Assembly: GCA_002479805.1 (NCBI GenBank)
Contig: DLPB01000025.1
Span: forward strand, 3,625-67,624
DNA length: 64,000 bases
Origin: Micrococcales bacterium UBA7469
Lineage (GTDB): Bacteria > Actinomycetota > Actinomycetes > Actinomycetales > Microbacteriaceae
Direction: 5' to 3'
Below are positions 11,018 to 20,244 of this stretch, one piece after another. The notes under the pieces are model-generated. The model saw only the letters and a program-made list of their open reading frames with translations. It made no database searches and had not been told where the DNA came from. Within the stretch, counting starts at the first letter, position 1. Every line of letters starts with the position of its first letter. The translations under genes and the position numbers were made by a program.

Positions 11018-11955
11018 TGTCAAAGATCTCAGTGGTGGGAGCAGGTGCCGTCGGTACCGCAACTGCCTACGCACTATTGATCAAAGAAGTTGCCAGCGAA
11101 ATCGCCCTCTATGACATTGCGGCCGAGAAGGTCGAGGCTGAGGTGTTGGACCTTGCTCACGGCACTCAGTTCACCGGGTTCTCTCGCATCTATGGCGGCA
11201 GCGACATTGCGGTAACTGCGGACAGCGATTTGATAATCGTCACCGCCGGAGCTAAGCAGAAACCCGGTCAGACCAGGCTAGATCTAGCGGGCACCAACGT
11301 AGCGATTCTTAAGGACATGCTACCTGAACTACTTCGCCACTCCCCAAATGCCATCTTCATGCTGGTGACTAACCCGTGCGATGTGTTGGCCGTGGTGGCG
11401 CAGAAGATCACTGGATTGCCTTCCAACCGGATCTTTGCCTCCGGGACGGTCCTGGACAGTGCGAGGTTGCGCTGGGTTATCGCTGAGCGCTTCAAGGTCT
11501 CAAACAACTCGGTTCACGCTTACATCGTTGGTGAGCACGGCGACAGCGAGTTTGCGCTCTGGAGCCAAACCCGAATTGGCCCAGTGCCGATCACCGAGTG
11601 GGAGCTATCGCCTGGCGTCATGATTTCCCAGCAGGAGCTGGATCAGATGGCAATAGACGTGAAGAATGCCGCATACAAGGTAATTGCAGGCAAGGGTGCC
11701 ACAAATTACGCCATCGGACTATCGGCAACCAGAATCGCGCAGGCGATCCTGACCGATTCGAACGATGTGCTTTCGGTTAGTACCGTGCTGGATAACTACC
11801 TTGGAGTCTCCGGGGTTGCGCTATCGGTGCCAACGGTTGTCAATCGCCAGGGTGCAATCCGAGCGGTGGAGGTGCCGATGACCAAGACTGAGCATGAGAA
11901 GTTTTTGGCCTCTGCAGCAGCCATTCAAAACTCCCTTCAAGCGCTGGGCTACTAG
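11017..11955 (+). CDS. ldh: L-lactate dehydrogenase
   Basis: GAGAVG, AGAKQKPGQTRLDL (Gln specificity residue of LDH), GEHGDS, KGATNYAIG. Confidence 0.92.
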   Translation: MSKISVVGAGAVGTATAYALLIKEVASEIALYDIAAEKVEAEVLDLAHGTQFTGFSRIYGGSDIAVTADSDLIIVTAGAKQKPGQTRLDLAGTNVAILKDMLPELLRHSPNAIFMLVTNPCDVLAVVAQKITGLPSNRIFASGTVLDSARLRWVIAERFKVSNNSVHAYIVGEHGDSEFALWSQTRIGPVPITEWELSPGVMISQQELDQMAIDVKNAAYKVIAGKGATNYAIGLSATRIAQAILTDSNDVLSVSTVLDNYLGVSGVALSVPTVVNRQGAIRAVEVPMTKTEHEKFLASAAAIQNSLQALGY

Positions 11956-12020
11956 TTCTTTTCGGGGCTTTGTGCCCACAGGCCAACCCTTGGCAATAGA
12001 CTTCTGAGGTTGTTAGACAA

Positions 12021-12094
<74 letters not shown>

Positions 12095-12122
12095 CATCTG
12101 GTTTCCTTGTATTTCAGGGAAA

Positions 12123-12151
12123 TTGAACATCGCGCGGCTTGAACGTATTAT
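12123..12151 (+). promoter_or_regulatory. Primary-sigma promoter for metF
   Basis: TTGAAC-17 bp-TATTAT about 50 nt upstream of the metF start. Confidence 0.65.
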
Positions 12152-12199
12152 TGGCCAGGTAGCGGGGCCCCGCCAACAACTCAGTTTTGCGGAGGCATT

Positions 12200-13039
12200 T
12201 TGTCAGTCCCAATTTCTTTTGAGGTTTACCCGCCTCGTGAACCCGAGGCCGCCCCGGCGCTTTACGAAGCCATTGATCGCCTTGCGGAACTTTCGCCAGA
12301 CTTTATTTCTGTAACCTTCGGGGCAGGTGGTTCCGACACTTCAGGGTCGATTGAGGTGCTGAGCTACATCAAGAGTCAAACTCAGGCCGTTCCGCTTGCC
12401 CACCTAACCTGCGTCGGCACCAGCGAGCTAGAAGCGCGCGCTACCATTCAGCAGTTTCTTGATGCCGGAATTTTGGACTTTCTGGCTCTGCGCGGAGACC
12501 TGCCCGCGGGGCAAACCAAGCTAGCCTCAGGCTCACTAGCAAGCGCTAGCGAGCTAGTTGGAGTAATTCGTTCGGTAGCCACTCAGCCCGGCGCCAAAGT
12601 GGCGGTAGCGGCATTTCCCAACGGACATCCTGAGTCAGGTGAAGAGCGTTCCGACCTGCTGGCTCTAAAGGCCAAGCAAGATGCCGGGGCTGATTTTGCA
12701 ATTACGCAATTGTTCTTTTACGCCGAGGACTACTTTCGCTTTTTGGAGCTGGTACGAAAGGCTGGGGTAACCATCCCCATCATTCCCGGCATTATGCCAA
12801 TTAGCTCTGGAAAGCGCTTGGCCAGGGTTCTAGAGCTCACGGGGGAGCGAGAGCCAAAAGAGCTAGCTTGGGCCTTAGCCCAGGCATCCGATGCTGCCGC
12901 AAGGCTAGAGTTGGGAATCAATTGGGCAGCCGATCTGGTAGCAGATCTGGTTTCTGGAGGTGCACCGGGAATTCACCTCTACGCCTTCAATGAGTACAAA
13001 AACGTCACCGAAGTGCTTAGGCGTGCTGGCCTGGTTTAG
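12200..13039 (+). CDS. metF: Methylenetetrahydrofolate reductase
   Basis: SFEVYPP, SVTFGAGG, AHLTC, LALRGD, ITQLFF, PGIMP; GGAGG before TTG start. Confidence 0.93.
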   Translation: MSVPISFEVYPPREPEAAPALYEAIDRLAELSPDFISVTFGAGGSDTSGSIEVLSYIKSQTQAVPLAHLTCVGTSELEARATIQQFLDAGILDFLALRGDLPAGQTKLASGSLASASELVGVIRSVATQPGAKVAVAAFPNGHPESGEERSDLLALKAKQDAGADFAITQLFFYAEDYFRFLELVRKAGVTIPIIPGIMPISSGKRLARVLELTGEREPKELAWALAQASDAAARLELGINWAADLVADLVSGGAPGIHLYAFNEYKNVTEVLRRAGLV

Positions 13040-13065
13040 CCCAGTTCGGCATTAGAATCTGGCAC

Positions 13066-13629
13066 ATGAGCCTCAGGCAAGAGTTGCGCAGCGTGCCAAA
13101 CATGCTGAGTATTTTGCGACTCATTCTGGTGCCGGTATTCCTTTGGCTTTTGCTAAACGATCACATGTTCTGGGCGCTGGCTGTTCTTGCATTTGCCGGA
13201 GCTTCAGACTGGCTAGATGGTCAGATTGCCCGGCGTTTTAATCAGGTGACAGAGCTGGGCAGGGTTCTAGATCCTGCGGCTGACCGACTTTACATTTTCG
13301 CCAGTCTGATTGGGTTGGTAATCAACGGCAATATTCCGGCCTGGTTGGCCGTTGCCGTCATCGCCCGCGATGTCATGCTTTTGATTGTCTATCCAGTTCT
13401 TGCAACTCATGGCTACGGTCCTTTGCCGGTGCACTTTTTGGGCAAGGCTGGAACTTTCGCTCTGCTTTATGCATTGCCGCTGATGCTGTTGGCGGACCTC
13501 TGGCCGAGTGCAGAATTTGTAATTTTGCCGCTGTCTTGGGCCTTTGCCTACTGGGGTGTTGGACTGTATTGGTTGGCCGGCTTTATTTACGTCAAGCAAG
13601 TTAAAGATTTGGTTTCGAGCCGGGAATAA
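13066..13629 (+). CDS. CDP-alcohol phosphatidyltransferase family protein (PgsA2-like)
   Basis: PNMLSILR, DWLDGQIARR...GRVLDPAADR motif; hydrophobic. Confidence 0.93.
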   Translation: MSLRQELRSVPNMLSILRLILVPVFLWLLLNDHMFWALAVLAFAGASDWLDGQIARRFNQVTELGRVLDPAADRLYIFASLIGLVINGNIPAWLAVAVIARDVMLLIVYPVLATHGYGPLPVHFLGKAGTFALLYALPLMLLADLWPSAEFVILPLSWAFAYWGVGLYWLAGFIYVKQVKDLVSSRE

Positions 13630-13663
13630 ATCCTCTAGCATTGAGTCTCTAGGGGAGGACCAA

Positions 13664-14083
13664 GTGGCTAAGGATTTTCAGTCGAGCGATGAAACCGCTC
13701 GCTTTTCAGAAGATCTTGTGCCCCAGGACTCCGACCTGCTTTCCCCCGAGGAACAAGCCGCTGTCACCGCCTTACCGGCTGGATCGGCACTGCTAATTGT
13801 TCGTCGCGGGGCGGGTGTTGGATCAAGATTTTTACTTGACCAGGAAGTGACCGTTGCAGGTCGTCACCCAGATGCCGATATCTTCTTGGATGATGTCACG
13901 GTGTCTCGCAAGCACGCAGAATTTATACGATCTGGTAACAGATTCAAGGTAAGCGATTTGGGCTCTATGAATGGAACTTATGCTTCTGGTTCAAGAGTGG
14001 ATTCCGCAGAACTCAGCCACGGCGACGAAGTGCTGATTGGCAAGTTCCGGATGACCTTTTTCGCTTCAGACAAGGACAGGTAG
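13664..14083 (+). CDS. garA: FHA-domain protein, GarA/OdhI homolog
   Basis: AGRHPDADIFLDDVTVSRKHAEF, DLGSMNGTY; pgsA-FHA-MerR synteny; start moved to GTG 13664 after GGAGG. Confidence 0.85.
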   Translation: MAKDFQSSDETARFSEDLVPQDSDLLSPEEQAAVTALPAGSALLIVRRGAGVGSRFLLDQEVTVAGRHPDADIFLDDVTVSRKHAEFIRSGNRFKVSDLGSMNGTYASGSRVDSAELSHGDEVLIGKFRMTFFASDKDR

Positions 14084-14085
14084 TT

Positions 14086-14766
14086 ATGGATAGCGCCGTA
14101 AGGAGAATCCAAGACCACCTCAAGCTCTATACCATCGGTCAGGTGCTTGGGGTGCTCAAGCCTGACTTCTCAGACCTCAGCCCATCCAAGCTTCGCTTTC
14201 TAGAGGACCAGGGGCTCATCACTCCCGACCGCACCGACTCTGGCTACCGCAAGTATTCCGAATCGCAGATTGAGCGAATTCGCATCATTCTCACGCTCCA
14301 GCGTGACCAGTACCTGCCGCTGAAGGTGATTCGTGATTACCTGGATGAAATTGACGCGGGTCGTCAGCCGCTTTTGCCTCCCACCAATCCGGGCTCGCTT
14401 CGCAAGGGCCAGCGTTTCTCAACCGCTCAGCTGAAGGCAGAAACCGGCCTGAGTGACCACGCTTTCCGCGAGGGTGCTGAGCTTGGCCTATTCGGTGCCC
14501 AGCCACATTCCTCTCACGAGGTCGAGATCGCATTTGCGCTGGTGGGGCTTGAGCAATTTGGAATTCAACCAAGACACCTCAGGGGACTGAAGTCAGCCGC
14601 CGAGCGCGAGGTTGGCATCATCACCGGCGTTACCGAGCCGGTGCTGCGAAAGAAGGCTCCTGAGTCGGCCGCTCGCGCAGCCCACATTGCCCGCGAAATT
14701 GCCGAGCGTTTTGGCGCTATCCGATCGCACTTGATTTCTGAGGCAATCGACTCGATCGAGAACTAG
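14086..14766 (+). CDS. MerR-family transcriptional regulator (FtsR/Rv1828-like)
   Basis: TIGQVL...SKLRFLEDQGLITPDRTDSGYRKYS, YLPLKVI; directly after garA. Confidence 0.88.
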   Translation: MDSAVRRIQDHLKLYTIGQVLGVLKPDFSDLSPSKLRFLEDQGLITPDRTDSGYRKYSESQIERIRIILTLQRDQYLPLKVIRDYLDEIDAGRQPLLPPTNPGSLRKGQRFSTAQLKAETGLSDHAFREGAELGLFGAQPHSSHEVEIAFALVGLEQFGIQPRHLRGLKSAAEREVGIITGVTEPVLRKKAPESAARAAHIAREIAERFGAIRSHLISEAIDSIEN

Positions 14767-14770
14767 GTTC

Positions 14771-14816
14771 CGACACGCCGAGCTGTGGATAAACCATAAA
14801 CCTCAGGTTGAAGGCA
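14771..14816 (+). promoter_or_regulatory. Candidate regulatory module: GACAC (WhiA-type) motif, DnaA box, FtsR-type box
   Basis: CGACACGCC 14771-14779; TGTGGATAA 14784-14792 (reverse complement TTATCCACA); AACCATAAACCTCAGGTTGAAGGCA 14792-14816 resembling the ftsZ upstream box. Confidence 0.55.
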
Positions 14817-14851
14817 GACTTAACGGAACTTGACCACAGGGAGAAGGCAAA

Positions 14852-15364
14852 GTGGAGATCGAATCCCCAATGCTGTTCACCGACGGCCTGCCAGCGCAGG
14901 ACATCGGTTACCGTGGTGCGTCCGCTGCCGCAGCAGCCGGTATTTCTTATCGTCAGCTTGATTACTGGGACCGCACCGGCCTGGTGATTCCCTCGATTCA
15001 AAGCGCAACTGGTTCTGGATCTCAGCGCCTGTATGCCTTCCGCGACATTTTGGTGCTAAAGCTGGTCAAGCGGCTTTTGGACACCGGCGTATCACTGCAG
15101 CAGATTCGCTTGGCGGTTGAGCAGTTGCGTGCTGCCGGCATGAGTGATCTGAGCAACACCACCCTGATGTCTGATGGCGCCAGGGTTTACCTCTGCACCT
15201 CACAGGACGAAGTTATTGACCTACTTGGTCAGGGTCAGGGTGTATTTGGTATTGCTGTGGGCCGGGTGCTACGTGAAGTTGAGGCAACCTTGGTTGACTT
15301 TGCTGCCGAAGAGGCCAACATTCAAGATGAGCTAGCGGCTCGACGAGCCCGCAAGATTTCCTAG
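14852..15364 (+). CDS. MerR-family transcriptional regulator (Rv1830-like)
   Basis: GYRG...AGISYRQLDYWDRTGLV, GSGSQRLY, LLDTGVSLQQIR, DELAARR tail. Confidence 0.9.
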   Translation: MEIESPMLFTDGLPAQDIGYRGASAAAAAGISYRQLDYWDRTGLVIPSIQSATGSGSQRLYAFRDILVLKLVKRLLDTGVSLQQIRLAVEQLRAAGMSDLSNTTLMSDGARVYLCTSQDEVIDLLGQGQGVFGIAVGRVLREVEATLVDFAAEEANIQDELAARRARKIS

Positions 15365-16278
15365 CGTCTAAACCAACGCTTCTTTTTAGCTTCCGCCCGA
15401 GACTGTGGTGCTTCCTCATTTGGAATTAGCTCTGTGATGGGATTTGCGCGACCACGAGTGGCGCGACCAACAACTCCGACTCGGTCCCGACGCTCGGTGC
15501 CGTGTTCGATATCGGAAACCGCTCCTGCTAACAGCCAGTCGAATCCCTTAGCAATCTCAGCGGCACCCTCGGCCGGCCAGGCGTGAATTGGTCGCGCTGC
15601 TCCGGTTGACTGTTGGATTGCCGCGCGCTCTTCAAAGAACGGCATCAAAAGCTGCTCACCAAACATTTCACGAAGTTCCTTGATGCGGTATTCGTGCTCA
15701 TTGGATTGCGGGCGAAGACGGTTTACCACAACCCCCAGCAACTGAAGTCGTGGGGTCAGCTTGGCGCTGATCTCGGCGATGGCCTTGCGGGCGCGGTCCG
15801 CTGCAATCACTGAGTACAGCGATGGCTCGGTCACCAAGATCACTCGATCGGATGCCACCCAGGCGGTCCTGGTGAGTGCGTTGATAGATGGGGGAGTGTC
15901 GATGATTACGAGGTCGTATTCGTCCTCAATCTGAGTGAGAACTTCTTCTAGCTTCCAGACATCTGCCACCGATGGGGCTGGGTTGTCTAATAGCAAGGAT
16001 CGCGGGGAGCCAACCAGAACATCCATCTTTGAGCTGGCATTCCAGGGCGATGGCACGATAGAGCGTCGAATGATCGGGAGTTTCGGGGTCTGCAACACTT
16101 CTGCCACCGAGGTGCCGAAGTCGCTTACTGCTCCGAGGCCGCTGGTTGCATCGCACTGCGGGTCAAGGTCCACAAGCAATGTGTTCAAGCCCTTGTTCAG
16201 GGCGGCAGACGCCAGACCTAGGGCGACGGTGGTTTTTCCGACGCCACCTTTTAGGGAGCTCACGCTTAGAACTTGCAC
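15361..16278 (-). CDS. ParA/MinD-family ATPase (second orphan copy)
   Basis: SLKGGVGKTT, DLDPQ, IDTPPS. Confidence 0.9.
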   Translation of the reverse strand: MQVLSVSSLKGGVGKTTVALGLASAALNKGLNTLLVDLDPQCDATSGLGAVSDFGTSVAEVLQTPKLPIIRRSIVPSPWNASSKMDVLVGSPRSLLLDNPAPSVADVWKLEEVLTQIEDEYDLVIIDTPPSINALTRTAWVASDRVILVTEPSLYSVIAADRARKAIAEISAKLTPRLQLLGVVVNRLRPQSNEHEYRIKELREMFGEQLLMPFFEERAAIQQSTGAARPIHAWPAEGAAEIAKGFDWLLAGAVSDIEHGTERRDRVGVVGRATRGRANPITELIPNEEAPQSRAEAKKKRWFRR

Positions 16279-16341
16279 TGCAATAGGCTACCCTTTTATA
16301 GACGGGTTCGCCGAAGCACCCCACCGTTTCAGTGAGGTTCT

Positions 16342-19300
16342 ATGTTCAAGAAAATTCTGGTTGCTAACCGTGGCGAAATCGCAGTCCGCGCTTTCCGCGC
16401 CGCCTATGAGGCTGGGGCTTCAACCGTTGCGGTTTACCCATTCGAAGACCGCAATTCAGTTCACCGCCTAAAGGCCGATGAGGCATACGAAATCAGCGCT
16501 GAGGGATCGCCGGTAAAGGCATATCTATCGGTTTCTGAGATGATCCGCGTTGCCAAAGAATCTGGCGCGGATGCGATTTATCCAGGTTACGGCTTCCTAT
16601 CCGAGAATCCTGATTTGGCCAGGGCGGCCGCCGAGGCTGGCATTGCGTTTGTTGGTCCGGCTCCCGAGGTTCTCGAACTTGCCGGCGACAAGGTAAACGC
16701 CAAAGCGGCTGCTATTCGGGCCGGGGTTCCGGTTTTGGCATCAACTGAATCTTCTGATGACGTAAATGTTTTGGTGCCGCAAGCTCAAAAGATCGGCTTT
16801 CCACTCTTTGTAAAGGCGGTTGCCGGCGGCGGCGGTCGCGGTATGCGCAAGGTCGAGCAGGAATCTGAGCTGGTCCAATCCCTTGAGGCAGCCATGCGTG
16901 AAGCCGGCAGTGCCTTTGGTGACCCTAGAGTCTTCTTGGAGCAGGCGGTAATTCGCCCGCGCCACATCGAAGTGCAGATTCTTGCCGACATGCACGGCAA
17001 CATCATTCACCTGCATGAGCGCGACTGCAGCATTCAGCGTAGAAACCAGAAAGTCGTTGAGATTGCACCGGCTCCAAGACTCGATGACGAGCTTCGCCAG
17101 AAACTTTTCCGCGATGCGCTGGCCTTTGCCAAGGAAATCGGCTACCAGAACGCCGGGACAGTTGAATTTTTGATTGATACCGTCGGCCCGAATACCGGCA
17201 AGCACGTCTTTATCGAGATGAACCCTCGCATTCAGGTGGAGCACACCGTCACCGAGGAGGTCACCGATGTTGACCTGGTGCAGTCACAGCTGCGCATTGC
17301 TGCTGGCGCTACCTTGGACGAACTAGGTCTAAGCCAACAGAGCATCAAGCCGCACGGTTTCGCTCTGCAGTGCCGCATCACCACCGAGGATCCGAGTGCC
17401 GGTTTTAGGCCTGACTCGGGCATGATCACCACCTATCGCTCACCCGGCGGAGCCGGCATTCGCCTCGACGGTGGAACAGTTACTACCGGTGCAGAGGTAT
17501 CTCCGCACTTTGACTCGATGCTGGTAAAGCTAATTACCAGAGGTCGCGATTTCCGCTCTGCGGTTGACCGTGCCAAGCGCGCGCTTGCCGAATTCAGAAT
17601 CCGCGGTGTCGCAACCAACATCAACTTCTTGCAGGCCGTTTTGGACGATGAAACCTTCGCGTCTGGAGAGCTCTCCACCCACTTCATCGATGAGCGCCCT
17701 GAGCTAATGAACGGCAAGGTATCCCAAGACCGTGGCACCAAGGTGTTGCAGTGGCTGGCCGAGGTAACCGTAAACAAGCCTTGGGGTTCGCGCGAGGGCA
17801 AGATTGACCCGGCCTTGAAGCTTCCAAGCATTGACATCTCGGCCCCGGCACCAGCCGGCACCAAGCAACTACTCGCTCACTTAGGTCCAGAGGGTTTTGC
17901 TAAGTGGATGCGTGAGCAAAAGCGCGTGCTCGTTACTGACTCAACTTTCCGCGATGCTCACCAGTCGCTTCTTGCGACTCGGGTTCGCGGTCGTGACCTG
18001 GTGGCAGCAGCGCCATATGTGGCGAGGATGACCCCGGAGCTGCTATCCATTGAGGCCTGGGGCGGCGCTACCTACGATGTCGCCCTGCGCTTTTTGGGTG
18101 AGGACCCATGGGATCGCCTCGCGCAGATTCGCGAAGCGCTTCCTAACGTCTGTATTCAGATGTTGCTGCGCGGACGCAACACGGTTGGCTACACCCCATA
18201 CCCAGAAGAGGTAACCCGAGCCTTCGTGTTCGAGGCCGCCAGAACCGGCGTGGACATCTTCCGAATCTTTGATGCTCTAAACGATGTCGATCAGATGATC
18301 CCAGCGATCAAGGCCGTTCGCGAAACCGGAACCGCGGTGGCCGAAGTTGGCATGAGCTACACCGGGAACCTGTCTGACCCAAGCGAAACCCTTTACGCGC
18401 TGGACTACTACCTTGAACTTGCGGACAAGATTGTCGCGGCTGGTGCTCACGTCTTGGCCATTAAGGACATGGCGGGGCTGCTTCGACCTCAGGCCGCAAA
18501 GACCCTGGTCACCGCCCTTAGGGAGCGCTTCGACCTTCCAGTTCACATCCACACCCACGACACCGCCGGTGGACAGCTGGCAACTCTTCTGGCTGCGGTT
18601 GAAGCTGGCGTGGATGCGGTAGACGTCGCAAGTGCCCCGATGGCCGGCACCACCAGCCAGCCCTCAGCCTCTGCTCTGGTCGCTGCCTTGGCGTTCACTG
18701 AACGTGACACCACCATGGATCTAGATCGGGTGACCGACCTTGAACCCTACTGGGAGGCGGTTCGCAGAGTCTATGCTCCTTTCGAGTCGGGCTTGCCTGG
18801 ACCGACCGGTCGCGTTTATCGACACGAGATTCCAGGTGGACAGCTATCAAACCTCAGGCAGCAAGCCATTGCGCTTGGGCTTGGAGATCGTTTCGAACTG
18901 GTTGAAGAGATGTATGCCGAGGCAAACCGCATTCTAGGTAGACCGCCAAAGGTAACCCCATCCTCCAAGGTGGTCGGAGACCTTGCGCTGCATCTGGTTG
19001 CGGTCGGAGCCGACCCGAAGGACTTTGAGCAGAATCCACAAAACTATGACATCCCGCAGAGCGTAGTTGGATTTATGGCGGGCGAATTGGGCGATTTGCC
19101 CGGCGGCTGGCCTGAGCCATTCCGCTCCAAGGTCCTGAGTGGTAGAAATGTCGATATCTCGATTACGCCAGTGGCCGATGAAGATTTGGCGAAACTAAAT
19201 TCCAAGAAATACGCCGAGATTCGTGCCACTCTGAACCGCCTGCTCTTCCCAGGACCCACCAAGGACTTCCAGCGCACCAGCAACCTCTATGGGCAGCTGG

Positions 19301-19743
19301 ACAAGCTGGCGACTCTGGATTACCTCTACGGTCTCGAATCAGATGTTGAGCACGTGGTCGAACTTCGCAAGGGCATTCAGCTCTTTGTTGGACTTGAAGC
19401 AATTGGCGAAGCCGATGCCAGGGGACTGCGCTCGGTAATGGCAAAGCTCAATGGCCAACTCAGACCAATCACGGTTCGTGATCACAGCATCAAGGTTGCA
19501 GTTGCTAGTGCCGAGAAGGCCGATGCCACCAAGCCTGGCCACGCCGCAGCCCCTTTCACCGGAGTGGTGACCCCAAAGGTCGCGGTTGGCGACACCGTGT
19601 TGGTCGGTCAGCCGATTGCCAGCATTGAGGCCATGAAGATGGAGGCCAACATCGCTGCACCAATTGCTGGCCGCGTGGTTCGACTTGGAGTGGCTGGGCC
19701 AACCCCGGTTGAGGGCGGCGACTTGATTGCGGTTATCGAGTAG
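16342..19743 (+). CDS. pyc: Pyruvate carboxylase
   Basis: Biotin carboxylase ANRGEIA/RDCSIQRR, carboxyltransferase RDAHQSL and HTHDT, biotin-lysine EAMKME. Confidence 0.98.
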   Translation: MFKKILVANRGEIAVRAFRAAYEAGASTVAVYPFEDRNSVHRLKADEAYEISAEGSPVKAYLSVSEMIRVAKESGADAIYPGYGFLSENPDLARAAAEAGIAFVGPAPEVLELAGDKVNAKAAAIRAGVPVLASTESSDDVNVLVPQAQKIGFPLFVKAVAGGGGRGMRKVEQESELVQSLEAAMREAGSAFGDPRVFLEQAVIRPRHIEVQILADMHGNIIHLHERDCSIQRRNQKVVEIAPAPRLDDELRQKLFRDALAFAKEIGYQNAGTVEFLIDTVGPNTGKHVFIEMNPRIQVEHTVTEEVTDVDLVQSQLRIAAGATLDELGLSQQSIKPHGFALQCRITTEDPSAGFRPDSGMITTYRSPGGAGIRLDGGTVTTGAEVSPHFDSMLVKLITRGRDFRSAVDRAKRALAEFRIRGVATNINFLQAVLDDETFASGELSTHFIDERPELMNGKVSQDRGTKVLQWLAEVTVNKPWGSREGKIDPALKLPSIDISAPAPAGTKQLLAHLGPEGFAKWMREQKRVLVTDSTFRDAHQSLLATRVRGRDLVAAAPYVARMTPELLSIEAWGGATYDVALRFLGEDPWDRLAQIREALPNVCIQMLLRGRNTVGYTPYPEEVTRAFVFEAARTGVDIFRIFDALNDVDQMIPAIKAVRETGTAVAEVGMSYTGNLSDPSETLYALDYYLELADKIVAAGAHVLAIKDMAGLLRPQAAKTLVTALRERFDLPVHIHTHDTAGGQLATLLAAVEAGVDAVDVASAPMAGTTSQPSASALVAALAFTERDTTMDLDRVTDLEPYWEAVRRVYAPFESGLPGPTGRVYRHEIPGGQLSNLRQQAIALGLGDRFELVEEMYAEANRILGRPPKVTPSSKVVGDLALHLVAVGADPKDFEQNPQNYDIPQSVVGFMAGELGDLPGGWPEPFRSKVLSGRNVDISITPVADEDLAKLNSKKYAEIRATLNRLLFPGPTKDFQRTSNLYGQLDKLATLDYLYGLESDVEHVVELRKGIQLFVGLEAIGEADARGLRSVMAKLNGQLRPITVRDHSIKVAVASAEKADATKPGHAAAPFTGVVTPKVAVGDTVLVGQPIASIEAMKMEANIAAPIAGRVVRLGVAGPTPVEGGDLIAVIE

Positions 19744-19749
19744 GTTGCC

Positions 19750-20244
19750 GTGACCGTTCGAGAAATTCGACTATTTGGCGACCCCGTCCTAAAGTCTGTG
19801 ACCGAACAGGTCAAAGACTTCGAGTCGGTCAAGGGGCTGGTCCAAGACCTACTGGACACCACCGCACTGCCGGGTCGTGCCGGGGTGGCAGCCACTCAGA
19901 TTGGTGTCGGCTTAGCCGTTTTTTCATACAACGTGAACGGCAAAATTGGCTACCTGATAAACCCTGAGATAGTGAGCGTCGAGGGGGAGTCGACGCTAAT
20001 GGAAGAGGGCTGCCTTTCGGTACCGGGGCTATGGCACAAAACTCCAAGGTTTCCCAAAGCAACCGCACGTGGCTATCAGCTGGACGGATCGATCGTGGAA
20101 ATTTCTGGAGAGGGTCTGATGGCTCAAGCACTCCAGCACGAATGCGACCACCTAAATGGTTTGCTCTATCTTGATCGCCTCGAAAAAGAAGAACGGAGGC
20201 TGGCTTTCGCCAACCTCCGTCAACAGAGCTGGTTTATCGCTTAG
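19750..20244 (+). CDS. def: Peptide deformylase
   Basis: GVAATQIG, EGCLSVP, QHECDHL. Confidence 0.96.
   Translation: MTVREIRLFGDPVLKSVTEQVKDFESVKGLVQDLLDTTALPGRAGVAATQIGVGLAVFSYNVNGKIGYLINPEIVSVEGESTLMEEGCLSVPGLWHKTPRFPKATARGYQLDGSIVEISGEGLMAQALQHECDHLNGLLYLDRLEKEERRLAFANLRQQSWFIA

Noticed and set aside
12095..12199. SAM/SAH/ZTP riboswitch upstream of metF
   Set aside because: Leader after the predicted promoter is only about 40 nt and I could not see the conserved cores; a covariance search would settle it
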